A DNA stretch of 48,627 bases from Anaerolineales bacterium UBA3071. Lineage in GTDB: Bacteria > Chloroflexota > Anaerolineae > UBA3071. The stretch spans positions 15,508-64,134 of the forward strand of contig DFBV01000018.1 in the NCBI GenBank assembly GCA_002366755.1. The letters run 5' to 3'. Below are positions 8,329-15,793 of this stretch, one piece after another (within the stretch, counting starts at the first letter, position 1; every line of letters starts with the position of its first letter). The notes under the pieces are model-generated. The model saw only the letters and a program-made list of their open reading frames with translations. It was not told the origin of the DNA and ran no database searches. Made by a program: the position numbers and the translations under genes.

Positions 8329-8592
8329 TCATAGCGCAGGATCGCCTTCCGCGCAAAAGCGGCGGGGCTCGATCAGCCGATAGCCGTGCTGCAGCCGCCG
8401 GCGGATCAGGCGTCGCGCCTGCGGCCAGGCCTCTTGCGGCGAGGCATAGAGTTCGACCTTTTCCCGCCGCATGGCCGTTCCCCGCCGACCCCAGGAGCGC
8501 ACCAGCGTCCCCTCTCCAAACAGCGTCTTCTGCCAGGTGAGGCAATAGTAGCGGTGTTGGTTCCTCTCCCAATCGTCTTTGACCAAGAGCAT
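8329..8592 (-). CDS. Stand-alone WGR-domain protein
   Basis: HRYYCLTWQKTLFGEGTLVRSWGRRG matches the WGR signature (RYY.L..q..LFG.w.l.r.WGRiG). GGGGAGGA SD. Confidence 0.8.
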   Translation of the reverse strand: MLLVKDDWERNQHRYYCLTWQKTLFGEGTLVRSWGRRGTAMRREKVELYASPQEAWPQARRLIRRRLQHGYRLIEPRRFCAEGDPAL

Positions 8593-8610
8593 CTGACATC
8601 CTCCCCACGG

Positions 8611-9330
8611 CTAAAGCCGGGGGGTTCCCGACACGGGACTTGCGAGGTTAGGGTCTGAATGCACCGAGGCACATCCCTTTACCCCATCGGGCCGGAGACC
8701 AACGTCTCCAGTCTGGCCCTCCGAAGAAGGCCGGGCGGTGTCAGGCCACCCATGCCACAGAGCACCTGGCCCTGCGGCAGCGATGTTGCGTGCAGCGACG
8801 ACGTCGGCGTTGGCTTGGTAGCCGCAACGCACACAGCGGAAAAGCCCTTGTTTGCGACGGTTGGCACGGCTGGCATGGCCGCACTGGGGGCAGGTCTTGG
8901 ATGTGCCACGCGGGTCACAGAAGACGACAGGCACGCCTTCCCTTTCTGCCTTGTAGCGGATCATGTCCACCAACTGGCGAAAGGCCCAAGAGGAGATCAT
9001 GCGGTTGAACCGCTTGCTGCCCTGCGTGCGGTGGCGGATACCATCCAGCCGCTCCAAGACGATGACCGGGTTGGGGTATTCCAAGGCCAGGTCGATGATC
9101 TGACGGCTGATCTTGTGGTTGGTGTCGCGCATCCAGCGAGCCTCTTTGCCCTGGCCGGCTCTCACACGGTCGGTACGACGGTGGCGCTGGTAGCGCCGTC
9201 GCAGATCGGCGAAGTGCTCCCGCCGCCAGCGGTCCGCCTTGCCGTCGAAGATGACCACCCGGTCCGGCGTAGCCACCACGGCGTGCCGCACGATGCCAAG
9301 ATCGACGCCAAGAAAAGTGTGTTTACCGGA
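8611..9330 (-). pseudogene. tnpB: TnpB (IS200/IS605 OrfB) C-terminal fragment: RuvC-I/II/III plus zinc ribbon, no N-terminal half
   Basis: FLGVDLGI (RuvC-I), VIVLERL (RuvC-II), CPQCGH...CVRCGY zinc ribbon, NADVVAARNI (RuvC-III). The frame is open only from about 9390 and has no WED/REC part. Confidence 0.8.
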
Positions 9331-9373
9331 ACATCCGGTAGGCGTCGGAGATACGCGGACAGAGAGAAAGCTA

Positions 9374-9745
9374 ATGAGAATAACTAGGGGCTACAAGGTC
9401 GAGCTCGATCCCAACAACAGACAGTGTACACTGCTGATGCAGTGCGCTGGGACCGCAAGGTGGGCCTGGAACTGGGGTCTCGCCCGGCGCAAGGAAGAGT
9501 ATGAAGATACCGGCAGGTCGAGCAATGCCATTGAACAGCATCGGCAGTTGAATGCTTTGAAAGCGACAGAGTATCCCTGGCTCTACAATTACTCCAAAGC
9601 AGTCCCCCAAGAAAGCTTGCGTGATCTCGATAAAGCCTACCAGAACTTCTTCCGGCGGGTGAAGAATGGTGACAAATCTCCTGGTTTCCCTCGTTTGGCT
9701 CTTTTGCGTCCCAGCGGCGGTGGTCAACGGAGACATCCGCATTGA
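9374..9745 (+). pseudogene. tnpB: TnpB N-terminal fragment on the opposite strand
   Basis: MRITRGYKVELDPNNRQ...LKATEYPWLYNYSKAVPQESLRDLDKAYQNFFRRVK...GFPR is the typical OrfB N-terminus. It diverges after GFPR (about 9700) and stops. Confidence 0.75.
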
Positions 9746-9799
9746 GGGGATGTGCCCCAGCGAGGCGACGCTCAACAACGCGCTGAGGGAGGGCGGGCT

Positions 9800-10066
9800 A
9801 TGTCTAAGGTAAGAATTGAGGCCTTCGTGTCAGTGCCGCCTTGTTCCGGTGGCGTGGCGGTCAAACGACTGTTGAAGGAAATCGAGGCCGAGTTTGGCGA
9901 GCAGGTCGAGATCGTCTTCCACACCGGCCCCGGCGACAAGGAGTGGGAGGAATATGCCATCGGCAACGCGCCAGCGATGGTTATAGGCGATCTGGTCAAA
10001 TTCGTGGGGCTGGCTCCGAGCAAGGAGAGCCTTGTAGGCGCGTTGCGCGAGGCGGGGTTGGAGTAA
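9800..10066 (+). CDS. Small (88 aa) hypothetical protein, possibly thioredoxin-like fold
   Basis: GAGGGAGGG SD before ATG 9800. Size and beta-alpha pattern recall small thioredoxin-fold proteins, but there is only a single Cys (PPCSGG). Confidence 0.4.
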   Translation: MSKVRIEAFVSVPPCSGGVAVKRLLKEIEAEFGEQVEIVFHTGPGDKEWEEYAIGNAPAMVIGDLVKFVGLAPSKESLVGALREAGLE

Positions 10067-10130
10067 CCAGACATTGGACACCGCTGCATTGTAGTCTCGT
10101 CCCAACGCCCTCAGCGCTGCGCTTGGTTCC

Positions 10131-10156
10131 GGGGGTGGGGCCTACACCCCACCCCC
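10131..10156. terminator. GC hairpin between convergent genes
   Basis: GGGGGTGGGG-cctaca-CCCCACCCCC. Confidence 0.45.
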
Positions 10157-10241
10157 GCATAGGTTAGTTTACGTCCAGGCACAGGACAAGAGCGCGCTGC
10201 CCCGGAGCGTGCGCCGAAAGGAGACACACAACCCACACAAC

Positions 10242-10949
10242 CTATGAGGATGAAGCCAAACGCTCTGCGTTGGATATGATCCGTCCATCTTGTAACTCAT
10301 ACACCACTGCGGCGTACTCCTCGACGGTGGGATCATGGCTGGCCACCAGCACCGTCGTCCCCTCCTGGGCCACGATGCGTTGCAAAAGCGTCATGATCTG
10401 GCGGCCGGTACCGCTGTCCAATTCGCCCGTCGGCTCGTCGGCCAGGATGAGCGGAGGGCTGAGCGCCAGGGCGCGAGCGATGGCCAACCGTTGCTGCTGC
10501 CCGCCGGACATCTCGTAGGGACGGTGATCGGCCCATCGTGCGAGCCCGACCAGGGCCAGGCACTCCCGTACCCGCTCACGTCGCTTTCGAGCGCCAAGGC
10601 CAGCGATGCGCAGCAGCAGGTCCACGTTTTCCCAGGCGGAGAAAGTAGGCAGGAGGGCAAAAGACTGGAACACGAAGCCGATGCGCTGCCGCCGCAGGCG
10701 GGTTCGCTCCCCTTCCGCAAGGCGGGTGATCTCTTGCCCTTCGACGAAGACCTGGCCGGACGTGGGCCGATCCAGCCCGCCGATGCAGTTGAGCAGTGTG
10801 GTCTTGCCGGAGCCGGAGCGTCCCTTGATGGCCACGAAGATGCCGGGGGGGATTTCCAGGTCCACCCCGCGCAGGGCGTGTACCTCCTGGCCTCCAGCGC
10901 GGTAGACGCGCCTCAATCCGACCGTCTGCACGATGGGGGTTTTTCTCAT
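10242..10949 (-). CDS. ABC transporter ATP-binding protein (MacB/LolD-like)
   Basis: Walker A GRSGSGKTT, signature SGGQQQR, Walker B LILADEPT. Its start overlaps the upstream gene's stop (ATGA). Confidence 0.9.
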   Translation of the reverse strand: MRKTPIVQTVGLRRVYRAGGQEVHALRGVDLEIPPGIFVAIKGRSGSGKTTLLNCIGGLDRPTSGQVFVEGQEITRLAEGERTRLRRQRIGFVFQSFALLPTFSAWENVDLLLRIAGLGARKRRERVRECLALVGLARWADHRPYEMSGGQQQRLAIARALALSPPLILADEPTGELDSGTGRQIMTLLQRIVAQEGTTVLVASHDPTVEEYAAVVYELQDGRIISNAERLASSS

Positions 10950-12013
10950 TTGCTCACCTCGCCAAACCCCTGGTAGTTTGGGTCCACTCTCTTTCTCCTA
11001 CGAGCCCACCAGCCGCGCAGCCCTCTCCGCCGGGGTGCAGGTGGTTCCTCCTCCAATCCGGCCAGCAGCGGCGCGGCCACCTTCCGGCGGACGCCGGCCG
11101 GCCGGATCAGCAGCCCCTCGTCCGCCGGCTCCAGCCGCACCCGCTCGCCGATGCCGTATTGCTCTCGATACTCCTCCGGGATCTGCAGCCGCCCCGCCGA
11201 GTCCAGCAGCACGTATTCAGAGTAGAGAGCCTTTTCACTCTCCTCTGCTTCCTCTCCGCTCTCCCCCCTCTCTTCTCCCCTCTCTTCTCTGACCACCTCC
11301 GTGGCTGTCTTGCCATCGCGGATAGCCACCACCCGATCCACCCACGCCGCCAGCCCCGCGTCGTGGCTGACGATGACCGTGGTCAGGCCGTAGTTGCGGT
11401 TCAGGCGGCGGAAGGCGTCGAAGATGGTCTGGGCGGTGGCCGAATCCACCTCGCCGGTCGGCTCGTCGGCCAGGAGCAGCGGTGGCTGGTTGGCCAGGGC
11501 CACGGCGATGGCCGCCCGCTGCTGCTCGCCGCCCGAAAGCTCCGCCAGCCGGTGATGACGGCGCGCTGCGAGCCCTACCGCCTCCAGCAGCTCCCGCGTG
11601 CGAGCCTGCTTCTGGCTCCACCGGCTGCCAGCTACGGTCATGGGCAGCTCCACGTTCTCCTGGACCGTAAGGTAGGGGATCAGGTTGCGGGCCGACTGCT
11701 GCCAGACGAAGCCGACGCGGGTGCGGCGGTAGCGGTTCAGTGCGGTGTCCGAAAGCTTGAGCAGATCCTGGCCCTTGACCGTCACCTGCCCTGCGGAAGG
11801 CCGGTCCAGCCCGCCCAGGATGTTCAGCAGCGTGGTCTTGCCGGAGCCAGAAGGGCCCACGATGCCCAGCATCTCCCCCGGCTCCACGCGCAGATCCAGC
11901 CCCTGCAAGGCCACCACCTCCAACTCGGCGACCTTGTAGATCTTGACCAGATTGTTACAGACGATCAGAGGAGAGATGGGAGAGGAGAGAGGCGAGTTGC
12001 CTGGTCTGGTCAT
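10946..12013 (-). CDS. ABC transporter ATP-binding protein with C-terminal AbrB/SpoVT-like extension
   Basis: [24 protein letters not shown]. The C-terminal ~110 aa contain [32 protein letters not shown], plus an in-frame [13 protein letters not shown] repeat insertion. Confidence 0.85.
   Translation of the reverse strand: MTRPGNSPLSSPISPLIVCNNLVKIYKVAELEVVALQGLDLRVEPGEMLGIVGPSGSGKTTLLNILGGLDRPSAGQVTVKGQDLLKLSDTALNRYRRTRVGFVWQQSARNLIPYLTVQENVELPMTVAGSRWSQKQARTRELLEAVGLAARRHHRLAELSGGEQQRAAIAVALANQPPLLLADEPTGEVDSATAQTIFDAFRRLNRNYGLTTVIVSHDAGLAAWVDRVVAIRDGKTATEVVREERGEERGESGEEAEESEKALYSEYVLLDSAGRLQIPEEYREQYGIGERVRLEPADEGLLIRPAGVRRKVAAPLLAGLEEEPPAPRRRGLRGWWARRRKRVDPNYQGFGEVSK
11238..11290. repeat. 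CT-rich simple repeat inside an ABC ATPase gene (translated as [13 protein letters not shown])
   Basis: CTCTCCTCTGCTTCCTCTCCGCTCTCCCCCCTCTCTTCTCCCCTCTCTTCTCTG. Confidence 0.7.
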
Positions 12014-12042
12014 GACTTCTCCTTCCTCTCCTCTCTCCTCTG
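11966..12042. repeat. GA-rich arm plus CT-rich arm forming a hairpin across the 4HB stop / ATPase start
   Basis: CAGAGGAGAGATGGGAGAGGAGAGAGGCG (11966-11994) and CTTCTCCTTCCTCTCCTCTCTCCTCTG (12016-12042). Confidence 0.7.
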
Positions 12043-12399
12043 ATTTTTCATCTCTGCTTCCATCAGTCCCCAGAGCATGGCTGCTACTTCGTCACCATCG
12101 CGATAGAAAGCGGCGTAAGTCGCGTTATCCATGAAACCTCGTTTCCGCACCAGGGCCATGATGCCGATTACCTCGTAGGTTGAGCCTTTGGCGTGATCGT
12201 AGAAAGCGCGGCGTGATCTGGCCGTACGCTTGCCACTGCCTTCCGTAATGTTGGCGACTATGGACACCGCTGCCCGCCGCACCTGATCGCCGAAAGAGGA
12301 TTGCATTGTCTCCGGCCATCGAAGCGACTCACTAACCGCCCGGTCCGCAAAATCCAGCGCCTTTGGCCACACTTGCAGTCTCTCGTAACGAAACGCCAT
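12010..12399 (-). CDS. Four-helix-bundle protein (23S rRNA intervening-sequence protein family)
   Basis: MAFRYERLQVWPKALDFA...SIVANITEGSGKRT...FYDHAKGSTYEV matches the family signature. Stop overlaps the ATPase start (ATGA). Bracketed by CT/GA repeats. Confidence 0.8.
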   Translation of the reverse strand: MAFRYERLQVWPKALDFADRAVSESLRWPETMQSSFGDQVRRAAVSIVANITEGSGKRTARSRRAFYDHAKGSTYEVIGIMALVRKRGFMDNATYAAFYRDGDEVAAMLWGLMEAEMKNQRREERKEKS

Positions 12400-12436
12400 C
12401 TCTATCTCTCCTCTCTCCTCTCTGTTCTCTCCTCTG
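12400..12436. repeat. CT-rich simple repeat between permease stop and 4HB start
   Basis: TCTCTATCTCTCCTCTCTCCTCTCTGTTCTCTCCTCTG. Confidence 0.7.
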
Positions 12437-15304
12437 TCAGACCGCTTCGCCCAGCTTGACCGCCTCAAACACGCGCATGCGCACCAGCAGCACGGCCAGC
12501 ACCGCTACGGCCACGGCCAGCATGGCCCCGAAAATACCACAGATGACCAACAGGTCGCTCCAGGCGATGCGCACGATGAAGGGCGGCGTCTGAGGGCCAA
12601 CCTGCAGGAAGGGAATGAACAGCCGGCTGGCCCACACGCCCAACCCGGTGCCGATGGCCCCACCGGTGAGGATGATCAGCGCCTGCTCGCCGGCCAGGAA
12701 AGCGACCATCTGCGCCACCGAAAGCCCCACCGCCCGCAGCATCCCCAGCTCGATGAAGCGGCGGCGGAAGGAGACAACGGAGTAGAGCAGGAAGCCCAGC
12801 ACCGTCAGCCCGGCGGCGGCCAGGAAGCCAGTCGTCAACAGGCCGAACAGCCCCTGCCGCTGCGGCCTGCTCTGCTCGGCGACCATCAAGCCCCGCGCAT
12901 CGCCCGCCGCCACCACCCGCAAGCCCAGTTCCCGCACGCCGTCCACCACCGCCGCGGGGTCGGCGTGCTCTTGCAGCCTTAGCCATACGTCGTAGGGGAA
13001 TATCCCGCCCAGTTGCTCGTAGACGTAGTCCAGGTTGGCGACGAAGAAGGGGCCATCTTCGGGATAGACGGTGGGGAAGAGGTCGAGCACCCCGGCCACG
13101 ACGAACTCTATTTCAGCCCGCTCGTCCAGCACCTGCGCGGTGAGCAGCAGCCGATCGCCCACCCCCAGGCCGTGGCGGGCCAGGAAGGCGCGGCTGGCCA
13201 GCAGGTGGTTGCGCCCCAGCGCCAGTTCGTTCATCAGCGCCCCCAGCGATTGGCCGGCACTGAAATCGCGGCGGAAGAAGGCCACCTGCGCGAAGTCCAC
13301 GCGGTCCACCCCGATCAGCCGCCCCGTCTCTCGCCGCTCCCCCAGGCGGGCGATGGCCGTGTAGTCGCCGACGCGAGCCGCAGCCCGCACGCCGTCCACC
13401 TGCAGATGCTCGGAAACGGGCAGGAAAAGCCACTCTCCTCTCTCTCCTCTCTCCTCTCCTATCTCTCCTCTGACCATCTCCTCCGTGCTCTCCCCCAGCT
13501 CGGCCAGGTTCAGGTCGGCCCCCACCTGGTAGTACACCTGGTCCGTCAGGTGTTCGTCCAGGGTCAGGGCCATGGAAGCGGTGAAGGTGGCCAGGCTCAA
13601 AGTCAGGACCAGCAGCAACAGGGGGCCGACGTAGTGGGCCGGAGAGCGGGCCAGGTGGCGCAGGGCCAGCAGCAGCGAGGTCCCCGGCAGCCGTCCGGCC
13701 AGCCAGGAAAGCGCACCCATTAGAGCAGGGAAGAAGCGGGCGCAAACGAGAGCCAGTCCGAAGCAGAAGAGAGCCGGCACCAGGAACAGCAGGGGGTTCT
13801 GGAAGGGATCGCCGCCAGCGAGTCCTCCGCCCAGGATGGAGATGGTGCCCCGCTGGCGCAGCACGTAGTAGCCGTAGAGAGGTGGAACGAGCAGGAGCAG
13901 GTCCAGGAAGTAGCGCTGCCAAAGCGGGCGGCGCAGCGTGCGGGCCACTTCCTGCTTGTAGGTGACGATGGTGTGGCGCGAAGCGGCCAGGCTGGGGAGA
14001 ACGCTGGCGCAGAGGCCGGCAACCACCGCTCCCAGGGCGAAATAGACGCTGCTGGGGGAAAGGCGCACAGGCAAGCGGGAGCGGTTGGTCAGGACGCCGG
14101 GATCGAGGAAGGTACGCACGGAGCCCAGGAGTTGGGCCAGCGCCCTTCCCAGGGCCAACCCCGCGACGGCAGCCACGGCGCCGACGAGCAGCCCTTCCAG
14201 CAGGTAGATGCCAATCACCTGCCAGCGCGACGCGCCGCGGCTGCGCAGGACGGCGATCTCGTTCTGCTGGCGGCGCACCACCATGCCGCCGATGAGGCCG
14301 GTGAAGTAAAGGATCAGCCCCAGCAGGGGCAGGCTGAAGACGGTGAGCTGGATGGTCAGAAGGCGCGCCTGGCGGCGGTAGGCCCGCAGCGCGTCGAGGG
14401 GTGAGACGTCCAGGCTGGTGTTGGAAAGCAGGGACGCCGCCCGCGCCTGCACCGTCGCCACCCGCGCCAGGAAACGGGATACGTCGGCGGTGCGGACGCT
14501 CTGCCCGTCGAAGAGCATGTACCAGGCGGCCTGATAGACCTCGTCGGGCAGGGCCGGGGCCAACCGCTGCGCAAAGGTCGCTTCCGGCACCAGCAGCACC
14601 TCGTCGAAGGTCTGCGGCGCGTAGAACCAGAAGGGATCGGCTGCATCGCGCGCCTGCCAGAGCCCGGCAATGCGCACCGGCAGTTGGATCAGTTCTCGCT
14701 TGCCGAAGAGCACGTAGCGCTCGCCGACCTGCAAGCCCAGCTCCTCGGCCAGTGGCCGGCTGACGAGCACCTCGATGACCTCGTCTTCTGCCGTCGCCGG
14801 CCGGGGGAACTGCCCCTCGATCAGGTCAACGTAGCTCTCCAGGCTGCTGATGAAGGCCAGGCTGGTCCAGAGCAGCGGTTGCCGGCGGGCGTAGGCCCCG
14901 GATTCTCCCTCCCGGGTGAAGAGCCGGAGATTGTCGGTTCGCACGTGGCGGACGGCCAGCTCCAGTGGCAGCCCCAGCGCCGCCGGGGACTGTTCCATCA
15001 GGTAACCGTTGATGGGCTGGTAGGTGTCCCACTCCACCGCTCCGTGCCAGGCTCCGATGTAGCGAAACAGGAAGGCGAAGGGCCTGCCCTGAGCACCGTC
15101 GAAGGGAGGGCGTGTGCTCTCCTCGCTTGCCAATTCCTCGTGCAGCAACCGGAAGTGCACGGCGTCGGCGTAGAGGGGGATGCTGGTGCTCAGGGCCACG
15201 GCGGCCAGCAACCCCGCCAGCAGGCAGCCCATCAGCGTGCGCTGGTTCCAGATGCGCCTGGCGGCGATGAGGATGATGGACAGAAGGTTAAGCAAGAGGT
15301 TCAT
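12437..15304 (-). CDS. ABC transporter permease with two FtsX-type domains (MacB/YbbP-like), 955 aa
   Basis: Repeated FtsX-like TM bundles with large extracytoplasmic domains. Start set at ATG 15304 (MNLLLNLLSIILIAARR). Carries an in-frame GEIGEERGERGE insertion. Confidence 0.85.
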   Translation of the reverse strand: MNLLLNLLSIILIAARRIWNQRTLMGCLLAGLLAAVALSTSIPLYADAVHFRLLHEELASEESTRPPFDGAQGRPFAFLFRYIGAWHGAVEWDTYQPINGYLMEQSPAALGLPLELAVRHVRTDNLRLFTREGESGAYARRQPLLWTSLAFISSLESYVDLIEGQFPRPATAEDEVIEVLVSRPLAEELGLQVGERYVLFGKRELIQLPVRIAGLWQARDAADPFWFYAPQTFDEVLLVPEATFAQRLAPALPDEVYQAAWYMLFDGQSVRTADVSRFLARVATVQARAASLLSNTSLDVSPLDALRAYRRQARLLTIQLTVFSLPLLGLILYFTGLIGGMVVRRQQNEIAVLRSRGASRWQVIGIYLLEGLLVGAVAAVAGLALGRALAQLLGSVRTFLDPGVLTNRSRLPVRLSPSSVYFALGAVVAGLCASVLPSLAASRHTIVTYKQEVARTLRRPLWQRYFLDLLLLVPPLYGYYVLRQRGTISILGGGLAGGDPFQNPLLFLVPALFCFGLALVCARFFPALMGALSWLAGRLPGTSLLLALRHLARSPAHYVGPLLLLVLTLSLATFTASMALTLDEHLTDQVYYQVGADLNLAELGESTEEMVRGEIGEERGERGEWLFLPVSEHLQVDGVRAAARVGDYTAIARLGERRETGRLIGVDRVDFAQVAFFRRDFSAGQSLGALMNELALGRNHLLASRAFLARHGLGVGDRLLLTAQVLDERAEIEFVVAGVLDLFPTVYPEDGPFFVANLDYVYEQLGGIFPYDVWLRLQEHADPAAVVDGVRELGLRVVAAGDARGLMVAEQSRPQRQGLFGLLTTGFLAAAGLTVLGFLLYSVVSFRRRFIELGMLRAVGLSVAQMVAFLAGEQALIILTGGAIGTGLGVWASRLFIPFLQVGPQTPPFIVRIAWSDLLVICGIFGAMLAVAVAVLAVLLVRMRVFEAVKLGEAV
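13433..13472. repeat. CT-rich simple repeat inside the permease gene (translated as GEIGEERGERGE)
   Basis: CTCTCCTCTCTCTCCTCTCTCCTCTCCTATCTCTCCTCTG. Confidence 0.7.
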
Positions 15305-15311
15305 GTCCCGC

Positions 15312-15340
15312 TTGCCTTTTTGGCTGTGTAGTGCTATACT
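15312..15340 (+). promoter_or_regulatory. Candidate promoter TTGCCT-17 nt-TATACT
   Basis: Hexamers at 15312-15317 and 15335-15340. Shares the GCTATACTAT context with the promoter at 5766. Confidence 0.35.
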
Positions 15341-15406
15341 ATTTGCAGTAGCTTTAGGGACGCTGCGACGAGTGCAAGCAAATGAATGAATGGAGGAATG
15401 AAAGCG

Positions 15407-15793
15407 ATGAGAACAGTGAAAGTAGTCAATGACCAAATCTCTTTGCCGCCCCCCGTTGCTAACTGGATCGGTGCTATGGATGAGCTTTCCTTGTTCATAG
15501 AGGGCGATACCCTGATCCTGAAGAAGATGCGTGTGCCCAGGCTATCCGAAATCGCTGCCCGTGCGCCGGAGGGTGATGAGGAAATACCCTTGGAAGAGAT
15601 TGTCGCTGAAGTGCATCGCTACCGACGAGAGAAGCGAGATGCTGGTCGTATGGGAACCAACTATAACATTAGACACAAAACTGTCAAGCCAGCTATTGCC
15701 CCAAGACAGTCTGTCCTTCCTCCAACCCCGCTTCGATCTCCACCCGCTCCTTGCTTTCGATGCCCAGGGTCACGTCCAGGCGGCGTTGCTTAG
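15407..15793 (+). CDS. AbrB/MazE/SpoVT-type antitoxin-like protein, orphan, with a read-through tail
   Basis: MRTVKVVNDQISLPPPVANW...EGDTLILKK swapped-hairpin motif, then EIVAEVHRYRREKR. GGAGGA SD 9 nt before ATG 15407. The 3' ~100 nt overlap the convergent HlyD gene, so the tail is probably degenerate. Confidence 0.55.
   Translation: MRTVKVVNDQISLPPPVANWIGAMDELSLFIEGDTLILKKMRVPRLSEIAARAPEGDEEIPLEEIVAEVHRYRREKRDAGRMGTNYNIRHKTVKPAIAPRQSVLPPTPLRSPPAPCFRCPGSRPGGVA

Noticed and set aside
9800-10066. Calling the 88-aa protein a redox-active thioredoxin.
   Set aside because: There is no CxxC motif, only a single Cys. The fold assignment is a guess from size and secondary-structure pattern.
15640-15720. 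PIN-toxin remnant (MLVVWEPTITLDTKL…).
   Set aside because: It is a single short LDT-like motif in an alternative frame, which is not enough evidence to annotate.
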